A program made the translations under genes and the position numbers. Below are positions 50,453 to 62,958 of a stretch of DNA of 64,000 nucleotides, piece by piece. Below the pieces are notes generated by a model. The model had not been told where the DNA came from. It saw only the letters and a list, made by a program, of their open reading frames with translations, and did no database searches. This stretch comes from Eledone cirrhosa (Eukaryota), in assembly GCA_964016885.1 (NCBI GenBank), contig OZ024743.1:370946001-371010000 (forward strand), in the 5' to 3' direction. How positions within the stretch are numbered: position 1 is the first letter of the stretch; each line of letters begins with the position of its first letter.

Positions 50453-51984
50453 CATATACATATACACACACACATATATGTACATGAAAAATGTGTGCCA
50501 GATCTAGCTATTGAAACAGCAGGATGATATTGTATATCAATGTTTGGATATATATATATATATGTCCATATATATATATGGACATATGTATATACACATA
50601 TCTACATTTATACACATATAAATACAAATATGTATATATACATCAGTACCTACCTGTAATCTTATGAGCTGTTGAGGGAGGTCATCAATCTGTAGGATAT
50701 TCCCCATTACTTGGAATGTGAAAGATGGGAGACAGCTCAAGATGATAAATCACCACAAAAACATCCACAATTGACAATGGTAAAAAACCATAACCACCAA
50801 CAATAAGAACAACAGTGGTAGTCAACAGTCCGCCTGTATCCCTCCAATGATGTTAACCTTTACTACACACAGACACACACTTTCTGCAGCACACTTTGTG
50901 TTGATTAGCTGAACTCCACAATAGTAATAAGAAGTCTCACCAGCATAGGTTCTTCTTATACATGTCTGTCTTTAAATGTGGCTGGTGCTACTGCTGCAAC
51001 TGTTGATGTTGTTGAAGAACTATGAACAGGAGCTATAAGAGTGGCAGTTGCAAACACATCACAGTGCCATTGATATGCCTGCAACTCTCAGCAACCATGA
51101 TGTTACTACTGCTTGGCAAAAAACAAAAAAACAATAAAAACATGATGCCTCTAATAATTTTATTGATCTACTAACTACTGCCCCTACCACTGTCTCTATC
51201 TCTCTCTTTTATGTCATTTGCTTTCTATCCCTTACTCTCTCTTTAATACTACTAAAACTATTCATCTTAGTGTTTGTTGTTTCTGTTACTACTGTTGTTA
51301 TTGTTAGTGGTATCACTGCAGCCACTGACTTGCCCTCTCGAAAACAACTTGCAACCACCTCACTTTGATCTCCACAAAATTTACTGGTAAAAGCAAGTTT
51401 TTTGTTTGTTTTGACAAAACTAAAAACGATGGCTATTAAAACTTCCCAATCTCAATGAATTGAATTTGTTATCTTCACACCCACTTGACAGTTCAAAATT
51501 ATGTAAGCTTCCAAGTCTTCTTTCTTGACATTGACAAGTAACAAACAAGTGACTGCTACTGACTAAACATCAATTGAATTACACTCCACACTCGAGAACT
51601 GTAGATCTCAATGACAAGCCTCTATATAATTACTCATTTGCAAGAAATAACAGTCAAATCCCCCTAAAACCACACTATTTAAAAAAAAGGAAGAGGCATA
51701 TCGGATAATGTAATCTGAGATAAACTGTCAACAACACATCCAAGAGCCAGAAAATATAGAGAATCTCCCAACAATTATTAAGTCATACAAAGTTTAATAA
51801 GACCCATAACAGAATATTGCTCCTACATCAGAGATGATACTGCTACTGCAAATACACTTTAAAGTGCATCAAAAGAAATGCCAACTGAATGATTGGCATA
51901 AAATCTCTGTTCAATACACTCCAACCTCATCATCATCATTTAATCACTCATGTGATCCTATGCTCTATTGAGTGCATTTTATCA

Positions 51985-52240
51985 TGATACCAGCACGAAT
52001 GAATATATCATGTCTTTGGCACATAATCCTTTCTATAACCCTTTCAGCAACTTTCATGACCTGGTCCATCAAGGTGATACCGATGTAGTTACTGCTCTCT
52101 AATGTATCTCCTTTGCTCATGTTACAGTTTACAATGACAATGCTGCACCAATCATTGGGTAACACACCATCCTGCATTACTATGTGGGGTAGGCCCTCAC
52201 TGTCTCATATATTCTCATCATTCAGCAGTCTCAAAGTAAG
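51985..52240 (-). mobile_element. Old RTE fragment
   Basis: DGVLPNDWCS..KGDTLESSNYIGITLMDQVMKV. Confidence 0.75.
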
Positions 52241-52342
52241 TCTTTCGTGCTTCTTTACATTCGGTATCAGACTGAGCAAGTATCTCACCATACACACACA
52301 CATATATATAGTTGTGTGTGTATGTATATGTACATATGTATA

Positions 52343-52399
<57 letters not shown>

Positions 52400-52505
52400 T
52401 GCTCTCTAGTTTGTTAATTACCATTTGAAATTATATATTAGTATTAAAATAAATCGAATCACTTTATAGCTATGTGCCATCATATCAATATAGGGTCCTT
52501 TACAC

Positions 52506-52701
52506 CAGGCATGTCAAACTGAGGGTCCCTCCAAGGGCCACATGGGTGACATATGTGTTGTCTGAGGGCCACACATGACAACTAATTGTGCACATTCCAA
52601 CTAATATTTTTTATTTTATATTACACTCGCGCTGTAAAAACCTTTGTGAGGGCTGCAGGTGTGTTTGTAAGGGGCCACATGCCGCATGTTTGACATGCCT
52701 G
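52506..52701. mobile_element. hAT MITE
   Basis: TIRs caggcatgtcaaac and gtttgacatgcctg. 8-bp TSD ctttacac/ctttacat. Confidence 0.88.
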
Positions 52702-52920
52702 CTTTACATAATCCTTCAACTTGCTGGAGATAGCAGCCAATGCAACCCCTGGTGCCCAAATGTGCTGTTTTCTCTTTCTGAGTCTTTTCCTCTGCTCATT
52801 GAATCTGGCTGCTCTCACACTACCTCAAGTTCTCCCCACTAACTTGTCTCTCCTCCTCTCATCACCTATATTATGTCTATCCCTCCCAGTAACCCCAGAA
52901 TATCTGTTAGTAATTCCTCC

Positions 52921-55880
52921 TCATCATCATCATCATCATCATCGTTTAACATTCATTTTCCATGTTTGCATGGATTAGATGGAGTGTCACATTATGAGAC
53001 AAGTCAAGTCCAAACACCATGTCTTGCTCACACAGATCTATATTTGGGCTTCGTTTCTGCAGCTGGATGTTCTTAACACCAACGATGTTACAGTGTGGGG
53101 TGGGTGCTTTTTATCATGGCACCAACAGGACCACCTTACAGTGTGGACTAGGTGCTTTTTGACATATCACCAGGAAAACCACCTTACAGCATGGACTAGA
53201 TGCTTTTTGTCGTGTCACAAGCGCAGTTACCTTACAGTGTGGGCTGGGTGCTTTTTGTCATGTCAACATCACGATTACCTTACAGGATAGACAGAGTGCC
53301 ATTATTGTTGTGGTGTCAGATCAGTGGACTTTGCACTTTTTTGTCATGGAACAGCATTGTGGTAAGTCAGATGTTTAGCTTTCATGGGCTGGGCAGGTGA
53401 GGTGAGCCAGGGCTGGAGAGATGTTCAGGTGAGCGAATTCAACATGAATTAGGTGCATAGGTATTTAAGTGTGATTGGGTAATTAAGGTTGGGGGGATGC
53501 AAAGGATTGCTACAGACTAGTGCGTCTCCAACATGTTTGTTGTGCACAGGGGTCGTCTTCTGCAGTACAGCATGGCGCTAGAGGTCTTAATCTTATGTCA
53601 TCTTCTTTGTGAAGTTTAATTGGGCAAAGCCAGCTTTTATCACTTCACCCCAAGTTTTCCTAGGTCTTCCTCTTCCATTATTTTAATCAACTTTAAGTGC
53701 CCTGCACCTATTTATACATCTATCATCCTCTATACACATCACATGTTCAAACCACCACAATCTCTTCTCCTGTACACTGCATCTGACCTGTCTTATGCCT
53801 AGTTTCTTTCTCAGTTCACCGATGCTTTGTCATTCATGCATACTACAATCACACATCTATCGGAACATGTAGGCTTCATTTTTTCCAATCGTCATGGATC
53901 TTCTGCACTATTGCCCAGACCTTACTACCATGCAGCATTGCTGTTCCTACGCAAGCTTCATACAACCTACCTTTCATTTTGAGGGAAAAGCATTTTGTAG
54001 CTAGCAGCAGTAGTAGCTCCCTGAACTTTTTCCATCCCGTTCTAACTCTGGTTACTATACTTTCTGAACACCCACCTCCACTGCTTGGTTCCCCAGGCAA
54101 CAGATGTTGTCAACTATTTCTATGGAGCCTTCTGGGAATTTAAAATGACTTATTTCCCATGAGCTCTTGCTCCTTGCCTCTCGTGTGCATCAAGCACATA
54201 AAAAGCTTATACTCTTTGTTAGCTTACCTGAGAACCCACTAGAACTCTTGTGTCCCCATAGTTTGCATTTGGAATTTTTACCTATTCATTTCCTATGTAC
54301 TGAGCAGGCCATTTCCCTGGGGGGGATCTGGGCCCTGTTTTCCCTTCTACTTACTAGGACCTTAGTCTTTGTCAGGTTAACTTTTAAGACCCTTTGATTC
54401 TAGACCATGCTTCCAGATTTGGAATTTCTTCTCTAATTCAGTTATAGATTCAGCTATAAGGGTTAGATCATCTACTTGTAGAAGTTCCCATGGGCAACCA
54501 GTCATAAACTCCTTTGTTATAGCCTGCAAGATGATAATAAACAGATGATATTATAAATTCTTCGCTATAGTCATCATTGTTAATCCTGGCTTTGCTGACT
54601 GCTCCTCTATACCTGGCATGTACAGCCTTCACAAGCCATTCATCTACCCTGAGTTTTCTTAGAGCCCACCAGATTATGGCATGAGGAACTATGTCAAGCT
54701 TTCTCCAGATCAACAAATGCTAAGTAGAGGGGTTTATGTTTAGCTATGTACTTTTCCTGTAGTTGCCGCACAAGGAAGAGAGCATCCATGGTACTTTTAC
54801 CTGGCAAAATCCAAACAGCATTTCATCTACGTTAACCCCATCCCTAATCAACTGTGCTATAACTCTTTCTGTGACCTTCATGACCTGGTCCATCAATTTG
54901 ATGCCTCTATAGTTTTCTCTATCTAGTGTGTCTCCTTTTCCCTTGCAGCGGTTGACAATGATGCTGCTACGCCAGTCATTTGGTATGACACCATTTCATA
55001 TTTCTTGATTTACAATACGAGTGGTTAAGGATTGACCGGGTGCTTTCCCCGTCTTCATATCCTTAACTGTCTGACTTACTATGCTGTTGCTGGCTTGTAC
55101 AGCTGGACCCCCATTTTGCTCCAATGTATTCTCCTCATTCTGTAATCTTTCATAATGGCTCTTCCATGCAACTTTCTTTACAACATTCATGAGGGCAAGT
55201 GCGCCATTTTCATCTTTGACATACTTCTCTCCAACGACATCACAATTTTCCCTGACACACTGCTTTGTAATCCTGAACATCTCACACCTCTGGTTTTCAC
55301 ACTGCAAAAAATGTTTAATTTTGTTTTTTCTGCATCCCTTCTTGCAAGGTATACTTGTTGCCTAGCTCTCCTGGCTTCCAGGTAGTGTACTCTGCCTCCC
55401 CAATTCTTCCATTTTTTCCATGCCTGTCTCTTGGCCTTAACCGACACATCTACCTTATTGCTCCACCACCAAGTCACTCTCCTTCTCTCTGTAGCCTGTT
55501 CCAGCCTCGCTTGTCACCTTCAGCAATTATCTTTCAGGAACTCTCAATGTTCCTCTATATTGAATGTCTCTATTTGTTCTTTCTTACTGTTGTAAGCATC
55601 AAGCAAAATACCTCTAAATGTGTTACTGGCTAAGGTTTCTTTCAATTTCCATATCCTTCTCCTCCAAGTTGCTCTCTGTCTCCAAATTTGTCTAGCTCTA
55701 ACAATGAGGTTGCTAACTACTAGATTATGTTAGGAGGTGCATTCCTTGTCAAGGAAGGATTTTGTGTTTACAACCGTCACTCTATCTTGTCTTCTGGTAA
55801 GGATTAAATCTGACTAGCATGTTCACCAGATATATAGGTGATGAGGTGGTTGTTGGGTTTTTTTTAAAGTTTGTGTGGCA
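52921..55880 (-). mobile_element. Old, heavily mutated RTE (endonuclease end to tail) with a ~6-unit 3' UTR array
   Basis: ORF fragments at 53876, 54468, 54996 and 55187 match the 541-aa and 456-aa RTE proteins. Array at 53085-53350. Confidence 0.9.
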
Positions 55881-56224
55881 TATAGATAGATTACACTGGT
55901 CAACACACTTTTTGCTAACTTATGTTTTGTTGTTGTTTTTAGCTAATTTTGAGGAGCTTTCAAATATGGCATCCATTTTTCTTAACACATCCCTATTCTA
56001 TTATGTACTGCATGAATAATATAATTTACTTAGGATGGAGTACTAAGTCTTATAGCTTGAAACCATAAGGTATAATGTCAATAGAAGCTGATATGCTAGA
56101 TGAAATATAAGATAACATACCTTTTATTAAATACATCTTGTTAATTCTCAAATAAAATGGATAAAGCACAGATCGTACATGAACCAACATATTCAACATA
56201 ACCAACATATAAAAAAAGCGATGC

Positions 56225-58411
56225 TATAAGCTTTTCTGGGTGGGAAATGACAATGGGCTGGGTTAGCAGAAAAATGGGTGGATAAGATAATAGACGTAAA
56301 TAGAGTAAACAACAGAATAATTAAAATAAGACTTGTTCTAAATAGAACTACTGTGACGATAATATCTGCATACGCGCCCCAATCCGGACTGCCTGGCGCT
56401 ATAAAAGACAGTTTCTATGAGACACTGATGCTCACTACCTCCCAAATAACCGACAGTGACTATATAATTATTGCTGGCGACCTAAATGGTCACGTTGGAC
56501 AACATTGTGACGGCTATGATGGAATCCACGGAGGCTATGGGTTTGGTACTAGAAATGAGGAAGGCTCCAGAATCCTGGAATTCTGTGATGCAAATAACCT
56601 AACAATCTGTAACACTAACTTCAAAAAACGAGACAATCACTTGATCACCTACAGATCAGGGGAACATACCAGCCAGGTAGATTATATCCTTACCAGAAGA
56701 CGTTACAGAGTGTCTGTTGTAAACACTAAATCCCTCCCCCATGAAGAATGCACCTCCCAACATAGGGAGACAAGTGTACTTCGCAAGAAGGGAAGCAGAG
56801 GAAAGAAAGTTCAAGCATGTTCTACAATGCGAGGACCAAAAACGTGAGGTGTTCAGGATTGCTAGGCAATGTGTCAAGGAAAACCGTGATATTGTCGGGG
56901 AGAAGTGTGTCTTTAATGATGATGGTGTACTTGCCATCGCTGATGCTGATAAGAAGTTAGCTTGGAAGTGTCACTACGAAAGGCTACTAAATGAGGAGAA
57001 TAAATGGGAGAAGGACAGTCTCCCCCACATCGACCCAATAGAGGGACCAGCAGTGTTAGTTGAAGGTAGTATAATAAGTAAGGCAATCAAAGATATGAAG
57101 ACGGGTAAGGCGGCTGGGCCTTCGGAAATAGTTGCTGAGATGCTGAAAGCCTCTGGAACGGTGGGACATACCATAAGACTAAAGTTCTAGTTTGTAGGAA
57201 AGAAAATAAGGCGCCGGTCCCTTCCGGGAAATGGCCATGCTCAGTGTGTAGGAAAGGCGTAGGTAGAAACTCCATTTTATGTCCCAAATGCAAAGTATGG
57301 GTGCATAAAAGATGTAGTGGGATCACAGGTAAGCTAACTAAGAACATAGATTTTACATGTGGCCGGTGCTCTGGTGCAATAAGTAGCAGCAAGTGCGCAC
57401 TAAATACTAGCTCTTTCAATTGCACAGAGGGTTCTATAGAAATAGTGGACAGCTTCCGTTACCTGGGTGACAAAATCAGCAGTAGGGGAGGGTGCTCTGA
57501 AAGTACAGTAGCTAGAGTCAGAACTGGATGGAAAAAGTTCAGAGAGCTTATACCACTATTAGCCGCTAAAGGGTTCTCCCTAAAAATGAAAGGCAGGCTG
57601 TATGATGCCTGCATACGAACAGCAATGTTGCATGGCAGTGAGACCTGGGCCTTGTGTGCAGAGGATATACGCAGACTAGAGAGGAACGAAGCTTGCATGC
57701 TCCGCTGGATGTGTAATAGTAATATACGTGAACGGCAAAGCATAAACGAACTAAGGGAAAAATTAGAAATAAGAGGGATCAAATGTTGTTTACTCGAGAG
57801 AAGGCTACGTTGGTATGGTCACATGATGCGCATGAAAGACGACAGCTGTATAAAAAAAGTGCAGGGCAATAAAGATAGATGGTAGCGACGGAGTAGGCAG
57901 ACCCAGAAAAACCTGGGACGACCTGATAAATTCCGACCTCACACACTTACACCTCTCCAAGACAATGTCACTGGACCGAGATCTTTGGCGGTACTCAGTA
58001 ATAGAGAAGACCTGCCTTACCTGAATACAAAGTAAAACCTACTACAGTCAGTAGGCATCTCTAACAAAATACACCCCCGTCCCACCACCCCCACCCCATC
58101 CACACTGCCCCTTTCAATGTAAAGTTATGTTGGTGCCACAACATCCAGGCCGAAACAAATGAGATCGTGTAGGTGTCACAACAAAAAAACACACAGTCCA
58201 CGCTGTAATGTGGCCGTGTAGGCAACACGGTAAAAACCTCCCAGCCCCACACTGTAAATGTGGTTGGTGTTAGGAAGGGCATCCAGCTGTAGAAAACCTG
58301 CCAGACAGTCCTATGCGAGCAAGACAACCACTCTTGCCTCAAGTGGGAAAACTCCCGTCCAAACCCATGCAAGCGTGGAACATGGACGTTAAACGATGAT
58401 GATGATGATGA
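56225..58411 (+). mobile_element. RTE with two internal deletions (lacks the RT core), subfamily C 3' end
   Basis: Endonuclease ORF 56278..56847. Jumps at about 56766 and about 57175. PHD and C-terminus in ORF 57244..57885. Confidence 0.92.
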
Positions 58412-59075
58412 TCCATGGAACACATTTTCGCTTAAGAGAGCACCTGGAGTGTTTCATGTCTAGACAGTCTCTTTGAATACTCCAACAGTAGTCTGTTATC
58501 ATGCGTGTGTTCCATCTACCTTGATATCTCTCCTCCATAACCTTGATATCTTGATGGAAGTGCTCGCCATGCTCATCGCTCATGTCTCCAACATTAACCG
58601 GAAATTCATTGAGATGCCCCTTGAGGAAATGAATCTACAGCCTAAAAGATGAAAGCTATCAAGCAATGTCTCCACCAAAGTAGTTTGTAGCCATTTTGCT
58701 GTCCAAAAATCCTTTCACAACTGAGACAAATGAATCCCATGTTCTTTTTCTACGTGAGTCATTGAGCTCAAGAAGTTTTGGCATTTCATTAAATTTCTGA
58801 TTTGTGTCCCTTCAAAACACCAGCCTTTATTTATCATAACTTAAACCAAGAAATGTACATGAACTTGAAACAATCACTCTCCACATTAAGAGGTTTAACA
58901 AACTGTTCCTTAGTCCTAGTTTAATATGAAGGGGTGGAAAGATGATTTTCTCTCGCCCAACAAGTGGTTGGTGTATGATATTCTTCTCCCCAACAGTCTA
59001 ACTTTTTCTAACAGGCCAGTGCTTCTGTTCCCAATGTTTGTCTTTTGCTTGGCTATTCCATAAACACAAATAAAT
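58412..59075 (-). mobile_element. Degraded DDE transposase C-terminus, Chapaev3-like (CMC superfamily)
   Basis: CLWNSQAK..HW..WP, KNII.QPLV..KIIFPPLHIKLGL, SDEHGEHFHQDI..MEERYQGRW..DYCW. Family assignment is from recalled motifs. Confidence 0.7.
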
Positions 59076-59077
59076 TG

Positions 59078-59234
59078 CTAAGAGTCACAGAGGAGATGAC
59101 GAAGGAATGCGGTGAGTGAAGAGGTGCTGTGCTGAAAAGGACCCGTCTAACCCCTGCAAGTCTGGAAAATCGAATCTGAAAAGGACCTGTCTAACCCCTG
59201 CAATGTGGAAAATCGAATGTAAAAATGATGATGA
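59078..59234 (+). mobile_element. RTE subfamily A-type 3' end with tandemly duplicated tail hairpin
   Basis: tgaaaaggacc.gtctaacccctgcaa..tggaaaatcgaat occurs twice, followed by gatgatga. Confidence 0.75.
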
Positions 59235-59242
59235 CATATATA

Positions 59243-60020
59243 TCATCATCATCATCGTTTAATGTCCATCTTCCACGCTAGCATGGGTTAGACGAGAGTT
59301 GTCCCACTTGAGGCAAGGTTGGTCGGGTGACCGTGTCTCGCTCATATAGGACTATCTGGCAGGTTTTCTACGGCTGGATGCCCTTCCTAACACCAACCAC
59401 ATTTACAGTGTGGAACTGGGAACTTTTTACCGTGTTACCTACACGGTCACATTACAGCGTGGACTGTGTGTTTTTTTGTCGTGACACCTACACGATCTCG
59501 ATCTCATCTCACTTATTTGGACTGGATGTTGTGGTACCAACTTAACAGAGAGAGGGTGGTGGGAGTGGAAGGATATGGTAGGGGTAGTGGATTGGGGTGT
59601 ATATTTGGTTAAGAGGTGCCTCCTGACTGTAGGTTTCCTTTTGTACATGGCAAGGCGGGTCTTCTGTATTACTGCATAGCGCCAAAGATCTCGGTCCAGT
59701 GACATTGTCTTAGAGAGGTGCAAGTGTGTGAGGTTGGAATTTATCAGATCGTCCCAGGTTTTCTGGGTCTACGTATTCCGTAACTACCATCAATTTTGAT
59801 CACCCTGCACTTTTTTATACAGCATCACATGGCCATACCAACGTAGTCTTCTCTCAAGTAAACAGCATCTGATCCCTCTTATTCCTAATTTCTCACTTAG
59901 TTCATTTATGCTTTGTCGTTCACGTATATTACTATTACAGATCTAACAGAGCATGCATGCTTCGTTCCTTTCCAGTCTGCGCAGGTCCTCTGCATGTAAT
60001 GCCCATGTCTCACTGCCATG
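59243..60020 (-). mobile_element. 5'-truncated RTE subfamily C
   Basis: HGSETWAL..RRLERNEA and 3' UTR. The 5' end abuts (TA)n. Confidence 0.9.
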
Positions 60021-60022
60021 TA

Positions 60023-60073
<51 letters not shown>

Positions 60074-60132
60074 CTATTAAGTTAGACATGGCCTGGGTCA
60101 ATACTGGCCGAAACCTATCATTGATGTTTGAG

Positions 60133-60714
60133 AAAATTGTGATGTCATTGGTGAAAAGTGTGTCCGAGATGATAAAGGTGCACTTGCCCTCACAAGTGCT
60201 GAGAAGAAAGCTGCGTGGAAGAGTCATTATGAAAGATTACTGAATGAGAAGAATGCATAGAAGAAAGAGAGCCTACCCCAAGTGGACCCAACAGAGGGCC
60301 CAGCAATATAAGTCAGCAGCAGTGTAGTAAGTAAGGCAATTAAGAATATGAAGACTGGGAAAGCAACCGGTCCATTGGGTATAGCTGCCAAGATGCTGAA
60401 AGCATCTGGGTCGGTAGGACACTCCATAACCACACGTATTATAAACCAAATAATACTAGATGCCACCATACCAAAGGATTGGCGCAGCAGCATCATTGTC
60501 AACTGCTATAAGGGTAAAGGAGATGCACTAGATAGAGCACCCAGTCCTCACTATAAATGAGGTTGGTGTTAGGAAGTGTATCCAGCCGTAGAAACCAAGC
60601 CAAAATCAGTTCTGTATCAATAAGACATGGTCACCTAACCTAACATTGCCTGCAACAGGACAACTTGTCTAACACATGCTTGTGTGGAAAATGGGTGTCA
60701 AATGGTGATGATGA
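60133..60714 (+). mobile_element. RTE fragment fused directly to 3' UTR (RT deleted)
   Basis: KGKGDALDR is joined at about 60536 to gcacccagtcctcactataaatgagg and the tail. Confidence 0.85.
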
Positions 60715-60744
60715 TATATATATAACTTTGATAGGTTTTGGCCA

Positions 60745-62812
60745 GTATTATATATATAAAGGAAGTTTGCTTGTTTGGTTGTTGACCACAATTAGGGTTT
60801 TTCAAGTGTTTTCAACTAATCTGACCTCCAACATGCTCACAATTGACCTTTTCTCCAAAAACGGAACAGGGGTTTACCCCCAGATTTTCCTAGCATCAGA
60901 GATTTTCTTAGTGGGAATTTTTTTCTTCTCTAGGTTTTTTCATTTTTTTTTTTTTTGCTGATCTGACATCCGACTCACCAACGATTCCTTTTTCCAAAAA
61001 CACAGACATATAGGGAGCCTAAGAATTACAGATAAGCTCCTCTCAACTGTTTAAATCTATAGAAAATCACTTGCAGGGGATCACAAAGTAATTCTATTTT
61101 CCTATGTTTTTCCGTCTGTTTGCAACTAATCTGACCTCCATGCTCACAATCGCTTTTTTCCTCCAAAAACGGGGACCCTATAAAGTATGTGCGCAAATAC
61201 GTCAAGAAGGGTTCCCATGCTGCCATGTTTGTGTTACAACAACAAAATATATCTGATGAAGTGTCCAACTTCCAACATGGCAGATATATCAGCATTAATG
61301 GAGCATTTTTGAATTCCCAAATCTGGCCCATTACCTATTGGTGCAAAAATTTGATGTCTATTTGGAAAATGGACGAGTGTATTTTACAACATAAACTAAG
61401 AAAGACAACTTTGCTAGCATTTTTTTTAACTTTGCAGAACTGGCAGCTTTGCATGAACTCTACAATATGGATAAATACCATCCTACTACAACTTTAATAA
61501 ATAGAGAGAAAAATGGAATCAGTGAAAACAAGGAAGACAAGTAGAAAACAGTCCTGAAATTCATAAAGCAGAAACACTAGATAGAATTTACATAAAACAG
61601 CCAGAACAGCGAGAATCTTTCCACTTGAGGATGCTGCTTAATGAAGTTACAGTCCCTCAACGCTTTGGTGAACTTCTTAAAATGAATAATGCTTTATAAC
61701 ACCTATCAAGAGGCCTGCAAGAGGAGAGGTCTGTTGGAAGACAACAATCGATGGGATGTAACACATGCAGAGGCATCTATCTCAGCCCACCAAAAGTATT
61801 CAAAATATGCTCACAATTATATTTTTTTAAATTGAGACATAGCCAATCCATTGGTGCTTTGGCTGAAGTATATCCAAGGACATCAAATGCGAAGCACAAT
61901 TGAGAAACCCTGACATAAAAGTGACTTTTTCAGACAAGCATTGTAACAGGTTTGATTGAGATTGAAGACAAACTGGCAGAAATAGATGAACATGCTCTGA
62001 TTTTATTTTGCCTTCCTCACACTAATAGAACTAATTTTTATGGCCTAAGGAGGGAAATTGTGTGAGAAGCTTCATACAATGTAGAAGACTTCATCTCCTA
62101 TGTTAATGAAAATGAGCCAAAACTATTAGCATATAACATTATACTTAATGAAGTGTTCCCCAATTTTGAAATCCACCATTCCAATTATCCTCTTAAATTT
62201 CTTAATGGTCAGGAAGTGTGCAGTATGCCACCACACAAGAATGAATTGAAGGATGCTGTCATTATGCTTCTCAGAAAACTGGATGAGCCAAGATTGTGCA
62301 ATGAGACATGTATCGCTGTAGCTGAACTACAGCCTCACATTATCAAAACCAAAATCTTCACTGGGTGTGATAAGGGAAACATTGTATTTATACCTAGAAT
62401 ATCACTAATACCAACAGATGTCTCCTTTCATTTCAAACGATTGCAATTCCCAGTCAGAATCAGTTACGCAATCAACAAGTCCCATGGTCAAACACTGCAG
62501 GTTGTCCCAGAGTATGAAACCCCAACAAACTCATCGTATATGCTTCAAAGAAAAAGTTTAAAACATTGTATCTACTGCAGTTCTACAAATGGTTTATAAT
62601 TTTCATAGAATACATTTTTTCTATTATTTTCTTTATTAATTTCTGTATTTAGATATTCTAAATAAATTTTTTAAATCATGTTATATAATATTTAAATACC
62701 TTTTAACATCTTTTATTTAAGGAAAATTGGCATTACGATAGGTGTCAATAGGTAGCTCATGAATAGATTTGAGCACAGTACAGACAAAGCCAAAGGCCAG
62801 GTGACCGCTAAT
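60745..62812 (+). mobile_element. Degraded Helitron with Rep-helicase fragments
   Basis: KYVKKG..DEV..GRYIS, TTLLAFF, FHLRMLL, YQEAC..GLLED. PIF1-like PPH..IMLLR.LD.PRLCN..FIPRI..FKRLQFPVR..INKSHGQTL in ORF 62153..62599. Confidence 0.9.
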
Positions 62813-62958
62813 ATACGTATATATATAATACCTCAAACTATATTCTGATGAAGGACAAACGTCCAAGGACCTAAAACCTTCTCCATTTCTTGTGCAAACC
62901 CGTAGCCTCTATGGACTCTATATACATACACACACACACATATACATATATATATATA

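Noticed and set aside
50654-50689. Possible 36-nt minus-strand exon (tacag|..ttacag|gtaggt, IDDLPQQLIRLQ)
   Set aside because: The splice-like signals could occur by chance. No homology or neighbouring exons were recognisable.
62845-62880. CTGATGA-aggac-aaac-gtcc hammerhead-like start
   Set aside because: GAAA and stems I and III are missing (gtccaaggacc). At best a decayed remnant.
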